In this document: piece by piece, positions 49,200-58,604 of the stretch
Position numbering within the stretch: position 1 is the first letter of the stretch
Layout of the letters: each line of letters starts with the position of its first letter
Assembly: GCA_003134595.1 (NCBI GenBank)
Contig: PLBS01000005.1
Location: forward strand, 130 to 64,129
Direction of reading: 5' to 3'
From: Gallionella sp.
GTDB lineage: Bacteria > Pseudomonadota > Gammaproteobacteria > Burkholderiales > Gallionellaceae
DNA: 64,000 nucleotides
Position numbers and translations under genes: made by a program
Notes under the pieces: generated by a model
The model's input: the letters and a program-made list of their open reading frames with translations, nothing else
The model's database searches: none
What the model was told of the DNA's origin: nothing

Positions 49200-49507
49200 T
49201 TTGCGGCCACCTTATCAGTCCAAGAGAACTGGTCAAGAAAGCCATCAGCCTCTTGCTTGCGAGCTGCAGCAGGGTGCGCAGCATCCCATTCCTTTTGATG
49301 AGTTTCAGCTCGTTTAGAAACGAGGCACATCCACACATCAGTGGCAGAACCACATTCACTTGCTGGTGCCTTGGACGCAATTTTTTGATTTCCAACCAAG
49401 GCGAAAGATGGGGCGGAACCATCCTTGTGATTCAATAGAACCAGAGTCCCTATGCTGGTAGCCAGAACAGCCACCGCGATTAATTTTGTATTCATTTTGT
49501 TTATCAT
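49196..49507 (-). CDS. Hypothetical membrane-anchored protein
   Basis: GAGGAG RBS, N-terminal TM, Cys pair. Confidence 0.55.
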   Translation of the reverse strand: MINKMNTKLIAVAVLATSIGTLVLLNHKDGSAPSFALVGNQKIASKAPASECGSATDVWMCLVSKRAETHQKEWDAAHPAAARKQEADGFLDQFSWTDKVAAK

Positions 49508-49705
49508 TGCTGCTCCTCTACATGTTTTCTTTTGTCTCTACCACCATTGCGGCAGGTAATCCAATCTCGATGTGTCCATTCTGCATACTTTTTTCGATTA
49601 GACAAACGATTTTTGCAGTCGGGAAGGCCGGGAAGAGGCAACAGAGCCAGCTTGCGGACTCTGAATTCTTTTTTTACGAAGGGTATTACTCATTATCCAT
49701 TAGCT

Positions 49706-49753
49706 ATTACCCATTTCGGAATTGAGCGGTTTAATCCAGCAAAGACAAGGAAT
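49706..49753 (+). repeat. 48-bp direct repeat, copy 2, preceded by heptamers TTACTCA TTATCCA TTAGCTA
   Basis: Identical to 32177-32224. Confidence 0.95.
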
Positions 49754-49861
49754 TCTCACTTAACTGCGTGCCGTGCTGGTGACAAACGACCAAGCTTTTG
49801 GTCAGGTAGCTGATCTGCGTGTTGAAGACTAGACAGTAGACGCTTAACGAAATACACGCGG

Positions 49862-49895
49862 CGAACTGCACCCCCAACTGTTTGCCAAGGACGCT
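49862..49895. repeat. 34-bp perfect inverted copy of ihfB coding sequence (50152-50185)
   Basis: CGAACTGCACCCCCAACTGTTTGCCAAGGACGCT is the exact reverse complement of 50152-50185. Confidence 0.93.
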
Positions 49896-49926
49896 TACCG
49901 GCATGCGTTCACTGTCGACTAATAAC

Positions 49927-50217
49927 TCATCTGATCACTACAAGGCTAACCCGCTCACGCAACTCTTTGCCCGCTTTAAAATGCGGCACATATTTGGCAG
50001 GCACTTTCACTTTGTTGCCGTTCTTGGGATTTCGCCCCTGGCGCGGCGGACGGTAATTCAAGCCAAAACTCCCAAAGCCGCGAATCTCGATACGCCCCCC
50101 GCGCGATAGCGTGGCGGACATGGCATCCAGAATCACCTTAACGGCATGTTCAGCGTCCTTGGCAAACAGTTGGGGGTGCAGTTCGGCTAGGCGCGTAATG
50201 AGGTCTGATCGATTCAT
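49927..50217 (-). CDS. ihfB: Integration host factor beta subunit
   Basis: [44 protein letters not shown]. Confidence 0.95.
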   Translation of the reverse strand: MNRSDLITRLAELHPQLFAKDAEHAVKVILDAMSATLSRGGRIEIRGFGSFGLNYRPPRQGRNPKNGNKVKVPAKYVPHFKAGKELRERVSLVVIR

Positions 50218-50627
50218 GCTGGAATAGTTGCTTGGCCAACGGCTGACTAATAGTTAAATCCAGCTTGGCGCTCAATTCTACCGGAATTTGTTTGTGCCGC
50301 GCTTGGCATAACGCTCGTTGGATATCCACATAAGTGTCGGAAGCCGCCAGTCACGCTGCATTGAGATCAACGACTGCTATGCAAAAGCGGCCATTCAATG
50401 CGACCTGTAAATCGTTTGTATTTCTGTTTTACTGAATGAAATTGTCATGATGAAAACGGTTGTTCCATCAACCGTTCTCTGAACATGCGGAGCCGGTAAC
50501 AGCTCGGTGTGAAGCTCTGAGGATAATGTAACCGCCGATGAACTCGGTACTGCGGTTTACAACCATTAAAACTAGTAGATTTCTGTCCAGACTATCGGAG
50601 TTATATTAACCACCGAAGTTGATATTT

Positions 50628-50858
50628 CTACTCAGCCAATAAGTCCATCAGCTTTTGTCCCAATGCGATTGCAATGGTCTCCATGTTATCCACTGAGATA
50701 TTCCGCTCACCCCGTTCCACTGAACCGATGTACGTCCGATGCAGCCCACATTGATCTGCAAATGCTTCCTGCGAAATACCGATTTCGTTTCGTGCTTTCC
50801 TCATATTGGCTGCAAACCTCAGGCGTGCTGATTTCTGCGTGTTTTTCTTCGTTTTCAT
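50628..50858 (-). CDS. XRE-family HTH regulator resembling an R-M controller (C) protein
   Basis: ISQEAFADQCGLHRTYIGSVERGERNIS; upstream C-box-like operator. Confidence 0.88.
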   Translation of the reverse strand: MKTKKNTQKSARLRFAANMRKARNEIGISQEAFADQCGLHRTYIGSVERGERNISVDNMETIAIALGQKLMDLLAE

Positions 50859-50878
50859 AGTGGCAAAAGATTGCCATC

Positions 50879-50913
50879 TTGACGACTTTGATGCGACAGA
50901 CTATAAGTAGCAT
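50879..50913 (-). promoter_or_regulatory. C-box-like operator
   Basis: Minus strand ATGCTACTTATAGTCTGTCGCATCAAAGTCGTCAA has ACT-TAT-AGTC/TGT/...AAAGTC, as in PvuII/AhdI-class C-boxes, 20 bp upstream of the ATG. Confidence 0.7.
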
Positions 50914-50940
50914 CTGGAAGTCACTTAAAACGAGGAAATC

Positions 50941-51222
50941 ATGTCGAAGACTCAAATACAGCAGAAAAACACAACCAACCCACTGATTGCCAAATTGCTT
51001 GAATACGGAGAGAAGCAACGCCTTTCAACCGATGAGATGGCTGAGAAACTAGGTTTATCCGCAATCTATCTTGACGCCTTGATTCAAAGTAAGCGTGATG
51101 TCCACCAATTGCCTATCGACAAGATCCGTTGCATATCCTCTATGCTGAATATGTCATGCCTTGCTGCGCTACTGTTGGCCGGTAGCCTGAGCGAGGAAGA
51201 CATGATTGAGCAATTCGCTTAA
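50941..51222 (+). CDS. Putative HTH regulator divergent from the C-like gene
   Basis: GAGG RBS; LSTDEMAEKLGLSAIYL HTH-like segment. Confidence 0.65.
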   Translation: MSKTQIQQKNTTNPLIAKLLEYGEKQRLSTDEMAEKLGLSAIYLDALIQSKRDVHQLPIDKIRCISSMLNMSCLAALLLAGSLSEEDMIEQFA

Positions 51223-51324
51223 CTATTAGCGATGGAATTAACACCAGCCGCCAACACATTCCAACGAAATTCTTTTAGTGATGTGCACGTACCAGCCAAA
51301 TACGACTAACCCACCAGACTAATA

Positions 51325-52335
51325 TCAAATTACGTTAGCTTTCTGCTGGATTACTCGGCATCTCATCAGTAAATCCTCGAAGGACTCGGCGTCATCGAGG
51401 AACAAGCCGTCATCGATCATACGTTGATAGTCGGCAGCTAATTTGATCAGCGCGTCGTCATCAGGTACGAGTTGGAGCCCGCCGGAGACGGCGGCGTGAT
51501 AATCGATGACATCGCCGCGCGTGTTCTTCTCCGCAAAAAACATACTCTTGTGATCGGCAACCTCTTTGGCGAGTGCTTTGTCCGCGATGGCTGCTTCTGC
51601 GAAGCCTGCAGCATCAAGTCTAGTTATGTCATGCCAATGACGAGCAAAATGGTCACCGCCACGGAATGCGCCTTGAGCGCAAAAGACGTGAATCGCCGTG
51701 GCCTTCTCCCAAAAGGTTCGCTCGGCGCGCATGACCAGCGGTGTTGCGGTGGGAAATTCTACCGCCTGCAGGTGTATGGCCGCATCACAGCGGATGGTGC
51801 GTAACTCACTGGGCTCACCGGTGGAGCGGGCACCGAACTCCAACATGACGGTGGGCGGAACATAGCCCGTACCGCTGACCAACGGTACGTAGTCGATGAA
51901 CACTTTGTCGCCCTCGGCCCGCACTGCTGCTGGTAATCCTTGCTGCTCAAGGTGTTGCGTTAGTCGGGGCACGATCTTGGCAGTCACCCAGTCAGACAGG
52001 CGCACACGTATCTCCTTGCTCCACTTCTTTTCCTGGCTCTTGTTGGCCGGCAGTGGTGCATCTGCATCGCCAACCAGATCGCCTGCGATGGCGCGGATGT
52101 CGTAGGTCAGATCCACGTCTTCAGAGAAGCGACGGATGACGCCATAGGCCTTCGACAATGATGTACCGCCCTTGAAAACAAGATGCTCAGCGTAGGGGCC
52201 GGTAAAGAGGTGCTGCAGAGACCAGACCACCCAGATGTCTTTTTCCAGTAGGTGGGGCATGAGGCCGGATGTGTTGGCTACCGCGTTTAGCGCGTCCAGA
52301 CGTTCTGCAGCGGAGAGATGAAAGAACTCAGTCAT
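51325..52335 (-). CDS. abiEii: AbiEii/AbiGii nucleotidyltransferase toxin (type IV TA)
   Basis: LEKDIWV, FKGGTSLSK, RFSEDVDL, RTFWEK, RHWHD. Confidence 0.93.
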   Translation of the reverse strand: MTEFFHLSAAERLDALNAVANTSGLMPHLLEKDIWVVWSLQHLFTGPYAEHLVFKGGTSLSKAYGVIRRFSEDVDLTYDIRAIAGDLVGDADAPLPANKSQEKKWSKEIRVRLSDWVTAKIVPRLTQHLEQQGLPAAVRAEGDKVFIDYVPLVSGTGYVPPTVMLEFGARSTGEPSELRTIRCDAAIHLQAVEFPTATPLVMRAERTFWEKATAIHVFCAQGAFRGGDHFARHWHDITRLDAAGFAEAAIADKALAKEVADHKSMFFAEKNTRGDVIDYHAAVSGGLQLVPDDDALIKLAADYQRMIDDGLFLDDAESFEDLLMRCRVIQQKANVI

Positions 52336-52924
52336 GAGTTACCAATGCACTGATCTCTTGGGCCATCCAAGTCGGCAGGCGCGAACGCGCTGATGCAACC
52401 TTTTCCAGTTCAGACGGCGGCAGTTTAGAGCGCAGCTTCAGGATCGCTTCGCCGGCTTTTTCCGGACCCAGCCAAGCCAGTGCCCGCACTACGTCGCCGG
52501 CAGCCAAGCCAGGGAAGATCAACTGCCAGATCGGCGCATGCCGGAATTCGACCGTTTGTGCGCCCAGTTTCAAGTGGCGACTGCGACCGGAAGTGAGATA
52601 GACCGCCCGCATCGGCACCTGCGTGGTCAGGCCTAGCGTGTTGGCGGCAGCAGCGCCGTGAGACACGATAGTTTCCCCCCGTTGGTTCGCTAGACCTTCG
52701 ACCATTTTGACGGTCGAAGGCGCACGGGTTCCAAAGCGGCTCTCGACAGGCAGCGCATAGATGCCGCGACCAACTCTCAGCAGAACGCCGCGCCGCACAA
52801 GGCGGGATAGCACTTGATCAACTGCCGCTCTGCTGCCTAGATGCAACAACTCTTTGGCAACCAAAGGAGTGCCCTCCGGCAATCCGGTAGCGTGCTCCAA
52901 GACTTGTTTGGTGAGAGTTTGCAT
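52328..52924 (-). CDS. abiEi: AbiEi-type antitoxin (DUF6088); start MQTLTK
   Basis: AVDQVLSRL..G.LLRVGRGIY, GAAAAN.LGLTTQVP...YLTSG; overlaps the toxin. Confidence 0.88.
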   Translation of the reverse strand: MQTLTKQVLEHATGLPEGTPLVAKELLHLGSRAAVDQVLSRLVRRGVLLRVGRGIYALPVESRFGTRAPSTVKMVEGLANQRGETIVSHGAAAANTLGLTTQVPMRAVYLTSGRSRHLKLGAQTVEFRHAPIWQLIFPGLAAGDVVRALAWLGPEKAGEAILKLRSKLPPSELEKVASARSRLPTWMAQEISALVTHD

Positions 52925-53113
52925 GGTGATACCTCTTTTATCTGGTAGAATTATGATCATATTTCTGACACTTTGCAAGATTTATTAATTAATTATGAAC
53001 GCAGGGGGTGTTTAAGGTGGCGTGTGAAATTGGCGCTTACTATTGTGTGCTATACATGTATCATTCTGGGGTGGGTGTTTCTTAAGGCAGAAGGCCAAGT
53101 GAGAAAATTTATC

Positions 53114-53270
53114 TGCGCGACTTTTGCGCGACTCTTACCGCATTTATAGGCACTAATTGACACTGAACTAGTTATGGAAGTTGGCAACCTATTGATATAT
53201 ATAGACGTAGAAAAGTTATGGCAGGCTACGAACCAAGGGGTCGGGCGTTCGAATCGCTCCGGGCGCACCA
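53114..53270 (+). mobile_element. Right attachment site of the element: displaced 3' half of tRNA-Arg(ACG) (53224-53270) with an IHF site and arm-type repeats
   Basis: GGCTACGAACCAAGGGGTCGGGCGTTCGAATCGCTCCGGGCGCACCA has an anticodon loop, T-arm and CCA but no D-arm or 5' acceptor; TGCGCGACT twice (53114, 53125); IHF consensus on the minus strand at 53185-53197. Confidence 0.88.
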
Positions 53271-53283
53271 TCAATTCAAGGAG

Positions 53284-53500
53284 TTAGGCTAAAAGTCTAG
53301 CTCCTTTTTCTTTTTCGATGGGGACTTTTGGGTGACTTTTCTCACCAAGCTGTTCCCGCCGAATCATTGCAAGGCTACGATTGACCCGACTGCCTTCGTC
53401 CGTGATGCGGTTTAACGCCGCCACAAGCTCATCAATCTGAACTACCGAGTAATGAGCTGTCATATCTTGTTGGGGATGCCACAAATGTCTGTTCGGTCAG
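53284..53500 (-). pseudogene. C-terminal remnant of a tyrosine integrase
   Basis: (RTDI)LWHPQQDMTAHYS...ELVAAL resembles the integrase H/W...Y catalytic end; apparent frameshift upstream; adjacent to the att site. Confidence 0.55.
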
Positions 53501-53602
53501 GCCCATGTCAGCATATTAATATATCTTGGCCCGGAAACGTCTTAACTGTTTTCTACAAATAGTCTGACTTACACTCGGACGAGCTGCTCTACCGGAGGCA
53601 AG

Positions 53603-54565
53603 GTGAACTACAAAAAATATCTCGATACGTATTACCAATCTGTAGCGCTGGTTTGGAAGCTGGATCCGAATAGACGAGAAGCCCGAGTTTTGCGCTATAT
53701 TGCAAAGGGGTTGCTTCATCCCGTCGCATCAATAAATTGGTTGTCAACTCTCAAAGAAGTGCCTCAGCTTAGTCTCTGGTTTCGCAGCAATCCACGTTTA
53801 TTACTCAAGCCTAGTCGACACTACATCAGCCGGAACTATAACTTCGGCTTGCGAGCCCAGATAATTCTCAACCATTACACAATACTAATTGGATTGCTAT
53901 CTCGACCGTCTTACGAAGCGCTGTCGCAAGGAACCACTCATTTATTGGCGACCATAGTCGGTAAAAAAGGGGGGCACTATCAAATCACGCTTAGGAAAAC
54001 CGACAAATTTGATCGCGAAGGGGAATTGGTTCTTGGATTGAAGGATTGCACTCAAGACCGTCATGTGTTCTGGTTTGTGTTCTCTTTAACTCGTTACGAG
54101 GATCAAGCCGGGATCGAAATAGGTTGTATTCAGGGGCCGAGGAGTGGCGACGCTCGCGAACTGATCAAACGTGCCACCAAAGAGCTATATGGCATCAGGC
54201 CCCGAAATTTATTGGCCGATGCATTGTATGAGTTAGCCACAGCTTGGGGTCTTTCCAAGTACTTTGGTGTTTGCAACAGAAGTCGGGTTTATAACGGTTA
54301 TCAGACCCATGCGGATTATGACGCCTTTTGGATGGAGCTTGGTGGCATCCTTGACAGGGATGGAATGTTTCGATTGCCGACCAAGCTGTTTCATCATCAG
54401 TTATCTGAAGTTCCAAGTCATCATCGGTCAGAGTATGGGCGACGAATAAAGTTGAGGGGGATACTCAGCAAGCAAATAATTATGGCGGCAAAGACATTGG
54501 GATTTCCAGCGGAGGAAATTCGCGTAAGCGCCCTAAACAACCGTTTGTTCCAGAAAGTTAATTAG
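53603..54565 (+). CDS. VirK/YbjX (DUF535) family protein
   Basis: DREGELVL, IGCIQG, TKELYGIRP, HADYDAFW.ELGG, VPS..RSEY.RR. Confidence 0.88.
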   Translation: MNYKKYLDTYYQSVALVWKLDPNRREARVLRYIAKGLLHPVASINWLSTLKEVPQLSLWFRSNPRLLLKPSRHYISRNYNFGLRAQIILNHYTILIGLLSRPSYEALSQGTTHLLATIVGKKGGHYQITLRKTDKFDREGELVLGLKDCTQDRHVFWFVFSLTRYEDQAGIEIGCIQGPRSGDARELIKRATKELYGIRPRNLLADALYELATAWGLSKYFGVCNRSRVYNGYQTHADYDAFWMELGGILDRDGMFRLPTKLFHHQLSEVPSHHRSEYGRRIKLRGILSKQIIMAAKTLGFPAEEIRVSALNNRLFQKVN

Positions 54566-54815
54566 TGCAATAAAACTTCGGCTTGCCAGTGTCCAGATTT
54601 ATCTCTTTGAGCGCACGAATAAATCAATGGGTTGGATCAGAAATGGTCTAATCCATTTTTCTTTCGATGGGGACTTTTTTCTCCAAGGTTCTGTGTTGAT
54701 TACTCAGAGAAAGCTCCAGAACTAATTCTTCCGGTCAATTTCTTTGAAATGATCGGCAGGAATTTGCAACTAAGTTCATGCTGTTACTTCGCGCATTGTC
54801 CGAAGAAGAAATCCC

Positions 54816-55580
54816 CTAAAATCGCAGCCCAATGCTCAAGCGGGTCTGATCCTCGTTGGTGAAATTGACTTTCCGGTCCTGCGCTATCCGGAAAAAGATA
54901 TCCCGGTAGTCGTAGGTCACTGAAAGTGCTTTGCCGGACACTGATTCGGCATCGGCAGTTGCGCGACCATGCTTGCTCGATAAATCCACCGTCCACCGCT
55001 GATGGTCGTCTGGCAACATGCGCCAGACTACGTGAGTAACTATCTGACCGGTGTGGAGACGGTTGTCCTTGACGGCAAATAACGAAAGGGTTGATTTAGG
55101 CAGCAGGCGTGTCCCGAGCCCATAGACGACGGAATCGTTCGGGTCAAAATTGAGGTTGTAGTAGTCCCGCGTGTTGGTGCGCCCGAAGCCGAGCAGAGCA
55201 TAGATCGAGTCACCGATCTGGACGTTGATGGAACCACCGGCGAAACCGTGAGAAGCCAATTGCAATGAGGGTACCAACTGGCCGGAGGGAATTTGCGCCG
55301 TATATTCGTAGCCGGTGCGGGTCTGCTCAAACTCGCTGTCGCGCCGGTAGTGGCCTAGCCAAACGGCATGTGGGCCATGATTCGCACGCAGATTGAGATC
55401 GGTCGCATCCTTTTCGTGAGTGGTGACATAGTAGGAGGGTGTGAGCTTGAAAGCCCAGGCGTCGGCCGCTACAGCCTCAACCTCACCCTGAGTTGCAGTA
55501 TCTGCATACACCCCAGATATTCCTAACAGCGTTCCATACACTCCAGCCCCGACGACGTTCTTCAATTTACCAATGAGCAC
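54816..55580 (-). CDS. Putative outer-membrane beta-barrel protein
   Basis: Signal-like N-terminus, alternating beta-strands, C-terminal Phe (SIGLRF). Confidence 0.6.
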   Translation of the reverse strand: MLIGKLKNVVGAGVYGTLLGISGVYADTATQGEVEAVAADAWAFKLTPSYYVTTHEKDATDLNLRANHGPHAVWLGHYRRDSEFEQTRTGYEYTAQIPSGQLVPSLQLASHGFAGGSINVQIGDSIYALLGFGRTNTRDYYNLNFDPNDSVVYGLGTRLLPKSTLSLFAVKDNRLHTGQIVTHVVWRMLPDDHQRWTVDLSSKHGRATADAESVSGKALSVTYDYRDIFFRIAQDRKVNFTNEDQTRLSIGLRF

Positions 55581-55745
55581 TGCTTTCTCCGATTTATTTG
55601 CCGCGAGTAAATCGCACTACCTCCGTCGTTCCGCATAGATGGGCTTCATGCGATATTTGATACGCAGGATTACTTTGCTGCTGCGGCAGCGGCCATCTCG
55701 CACTTACTTACTTTCTTTCAAACTCCGCCGACGTCGATTACATGC

Positions 55746-56432
55746 TCATATCAAGCTAGACGCAATATTAATAGTCAAAGCCACCAAAGTGGTATTGAAA
55801 AAGAATGCCAGGACGCAGTGTACTAGCCCTGTTCGACGCATCGCCCTGCTAGTGAAACTTACGTCAGCCGTCTGACCGGAGGCTCCTATCACGCAGGCAA
55901 AATAAAGAAAATCGCTATAGTCTGGCGCAGTCGCATTGGGGAATTCCAGCCCACCTGGACTGCCGCATTCTTTCGCGGCATAGAATTCATGCGCATAGTG
56001 CAGCGCAAACATCACCTGGGTAAATGCCCATGAAGACAGGATAGTCAGCACAGCGAGGGCGATGTGCGCATACCGAAGCATGCCGTGCATATCCTTGACC
56101 ACGGCAAGTACTGCAACGATTGCGCCGAGAGACACAATGGCAGCGACGATCACCATCCCCAGAACGACAAATTTCCCATCATCTTGCTCTATGGCGCGGG
56201 CACGCATTTTTTCACGGGATGTCCAGAACATCATGCGAGCCGCCAACATCAAATAAAGCCACGCTCCGACATTCCAGCCGACAATCGCACGCGTAATTTC
56301 GTGCAATGCCAAAGACTTTGGTAATAAGAACACAACCAGCACTCCGACCAGAATCGAGCTGAATAGTCTCGGTCGTGAAAGAACAAGACGCATGAAAGCT
56401 GGACGGTGGGGTGAATCAGGAATATCGGTCAT
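55746..56432 (-). CDS. DUF1345 membrane protein
   Basis: FALHYAH.FY, GLEFP...[12 protein letters not shown]...QTADV. Confidence 0.9.
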   Translation of the reverse strand: MTDIPDSPHRPAFMRLVLSRPRLFSSILVGVLVVFLLPKSLALHEITRAIVGWNVGAWLYLMLAARMMFWTSREKMRARAIEQDDGKFVVLGMVIVAAIVSLGAIVAVLAVVKDMHGMLRYAHIALAVLTILSSWAFTQVMFALHYAHEFYAAKECGSPGGLEFPNATAPDYSDFLYFACVIGASGQTADVSFTSRAMRRTGLVHCVLAFFFNTTLVALTINIASSLI

Positions 56433-56494
56433 GTGATGGTAATTATGTGGTTAATTGTACTGATTGCAGCAATCCCCTAAACTTGAAGAAATAT

Positions 56495-57844
56495 CTAGCT
56501 CGGTAAAAAAGTTACTCGTATCAATGCCCCTCTCAAGTTCGGTCCTTTTTCAATCGCGATTGATGCTTTATGGCTATAGGCGATTTCACGCACGATGGCC
56601 AAGCCAAGCCCGCATCCATCAACGCCGGTTGTGTCGAGCCTGTAAAAACGCTCGAATATCCGTTCATGTTCATCTATTGGGATTCCCGGCCCGCTATCTT
56701 CAACTTCCCAATTTACCTGATTGGTGGAGCTGCCACAGCGGACGGTAACGACGCCTCCATAGGGTGTATAACGAATGGCATTATCAATCAGGTTGTTGGC
56801 TAATTCTTCCAGCCAAACCGGGTCTCCCATCACCTTGGCCGGGCTCAGTTCAAAACCGAGATCGATGCTTCGCTGCCTTGCCAACGGCATCCAGCGCTCC
56901 GCAGCATCTCTAGTTAATTCGGCGAGATCGACTATCTTCGGCGTAAGCATCTGTTGTTGCTCAAGACGGCTCAATGTCAAAAGCTGGTGCGCCAAGTGAG
57001 TAATCCTGCGCGTTCCCGCAACGATTTTTTCAAGGTATTCGCTTGGGTCGGAAGAGCGTAGCGCCATCTCTGCTTCGGCTTGTAGTGCCGCGATCGGCGT
57101 GCGCAACTGGTGTGATGCATCTGCGACAAAATGCCGTTTTGCATCAAGCGCTGCGGAGAGGCGCACCAGCAATTCATTTACCTCTGAAAATATGGGATAA
57201 ATTTCTTCCGGGATATCTTTCAAGGATAGCTGGCTTAAATCAGTATGGGTTCGCCGCACCAGCTCTTCCCGCAGGGGCTGTATGGACGCAAGTCCATGAC
57301 GGACACTTCTGCGTATCATGAAGATGGCCGCGATAATCAACAGCACTTCCGGTACCAGCATGGCCAATAAAATTTCACTTACCAGTCGGTCGCGTTTCAA
57401 TTTTGTTTCGGCAGAGAGAACGGTAAAGGGGAGTCCTTTAAGTTCATGGGGCAAGGCTGCAACACGCACCGGCTTTCCATTGAACCAGCCGTCGTAATAG
57501 GGATTTTCATTTTCAAACGGCTGGGCGGGGCGCGGCAGGCCGGTATCACCTGCTATCGTTTCCCCATTAGCATCCACAACCTCATAAAAGATTTGGTCGT
57601 AAGTGTCGGTAAGCAGAATTTCTTTAGCGACTTCGGGTAATTGCAGGTGCAAGCGTCCCTCAACAACCTCAACATGAGCGGCAATGGCCAAGGCGGAGTC
57701 CATTAATGCGCGATCATAAGCCACTGTCGCTGCCTGGTGTGCAACAAAATATGCAACGCCCCCTCCGGAAACAAGGATTGCTACCATCAGCGGCAGCAAG
57801 CCTTGCAGCAGTTTTCGGGCAAGGCTAAGTTTCCTAATCCTCAT
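56495..57844 (-). CDS. Sensor histidine kinase (QseC/TctE-like)
   Basis: AYDRAL periplasmic domain, DASHQLRTP H-box, NLIDNAIRY, DSGPGI, GLGLAIV. Confidence 0.92.
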   Translation of the reverse strand: MRIRKLSLARKLLQGLLPLMVAILVSGGGVAYFVAHQAATVAYDRALMDSALAIAAHVEVVEGRLHLQLPEVAKEILLTDTYDQIFYEVVDANGETIAGDTGLPRPAQPFENENPYYDGWFNGKPVRVAALPHELKGLPFTVLSAETKLKRDRLVSEILLAMLVPEVLLIIAAIFMIRRSVRHGLASIQPLREELVRRTHTDLSQLSLKDIPEEIYPIFSEVNELLVRLSAALDAKRHFVADASHQLRTPIAALQAEAEMALRSSDPSEYLEKIVAGTRRITHLAHQLLTLSRLEQQQMLTPKIVDLAELTRDAAERWMPLARQRSIDLGFELSPAKVMGDPVWLEELANNLIDNAIRYTPYGGVVTVRCGSSTNQVNWEVEDSGPGIPIDEHERIFERFYRLDTTGVDGCGLGLAIVREIAYSHKASIAIEKGPNLRGALIRVTFLPS

Positions 57845-58508
57845 CGGTTCCCAAGCTGTAGCCGAGACCACGCACCGTGCGAATAATCACCCCAGATCCT
57901 TCCAGTTTTGTGCGTAGTCTTGAAATAACCTTTTCCACTGCGTTTACCGAATTTATATCGTCTTGCCAACCATAAAGCGCTTGTAATAGTTGTTCCTTGG
58001 TGACGATGCGGCGAGCGCGGATAGTGATGTATTCCAGTGCTGCCAGTTCCTTGGAACTTAATTCGAGTGGCCTGTCACCCACCAGGGCACGATGACCGAC
58101 AGTATCGAGACGCAAAGCACTGATGCTTATTTCAGGGTCTGCAATGCCATGACTACGACGTATAAGGGAGCGGATACGCGCTTCCAGTTCGTTCAGCGCA
58201 ATGGGTTTGACCACATAGTCGTCCGCACCCAAATCAAGAAGGCGGACACGTTCATCCACCGCATCGCGGGCTGACAATATGAGAACCGGCACATGCTTGC
58301 CAGATGCACGTAGACGGCGCAGCACGTCTGCGCCGTCTGCATCCGGCAGGCCGAGATCCAGCAGCACAACATCATAACTATGGCCTAGCAGCCAGGTATC
58401 TGCTTCGCGCTTATTCTGAGCCCAATCGATCACATAGCCCACTTGCTGGAGCGCGCGACATATTACGTCAGCCAAGGGATGGTTGTCTTCAACTAACAAC
58501 AGGCGCAT
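57834..58508 (-). CDS. OmpR-family response regulator
   Basis: LLVED, LLDLGLPD, GADDYVVKP, IRTVRGLGY. Confidence 0.95.
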   Translation of the reverse strand: MRLLLVEDNHPLADVICRALQQVGYVIDWAQNKREADTWLLGHSYDVVLLDLGLPDADGADVLRRLRASGKHVPVLILSARDAVDERVRLLDLGADDYVVKPIALNELEARIRSLIRRSHGIADPEISISALRLDTVGHRALVGDRPLELSSKELAALEYITIRARRIVTKEQLLQALYGWQDDINSVNAVEKVISRLRTKLEGSGVIIRTVRGLGYSLGTDED

Positions 58509-58604
58509 GTGTGGTCAGGAAATGGTCAGCTAGAGTGTCCATGATACCAACTTCGATTATGGAACGGTACAAACCCTAAACGAAGCCAACCCTATTTATT
58601 AATT

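Larger units (their letters stand above)
1..53270. mobile_element. tRNA-Arg-integrated ICE or integrated plasmid (left end outside the window)
   Basis: att remnant at the right end; tra operon, Rep/iterons, umuDC, TA and defence cargo; host-like genes resume after about 54.8 kb. Confidence 0.85.

Noticed and set aside
53195-53270. Intact tRNA-Arg gene
   Set aside because: The 5' acceptor strand and D-arm are missing; only the 3' 47 nt match, so it is an att duplicate
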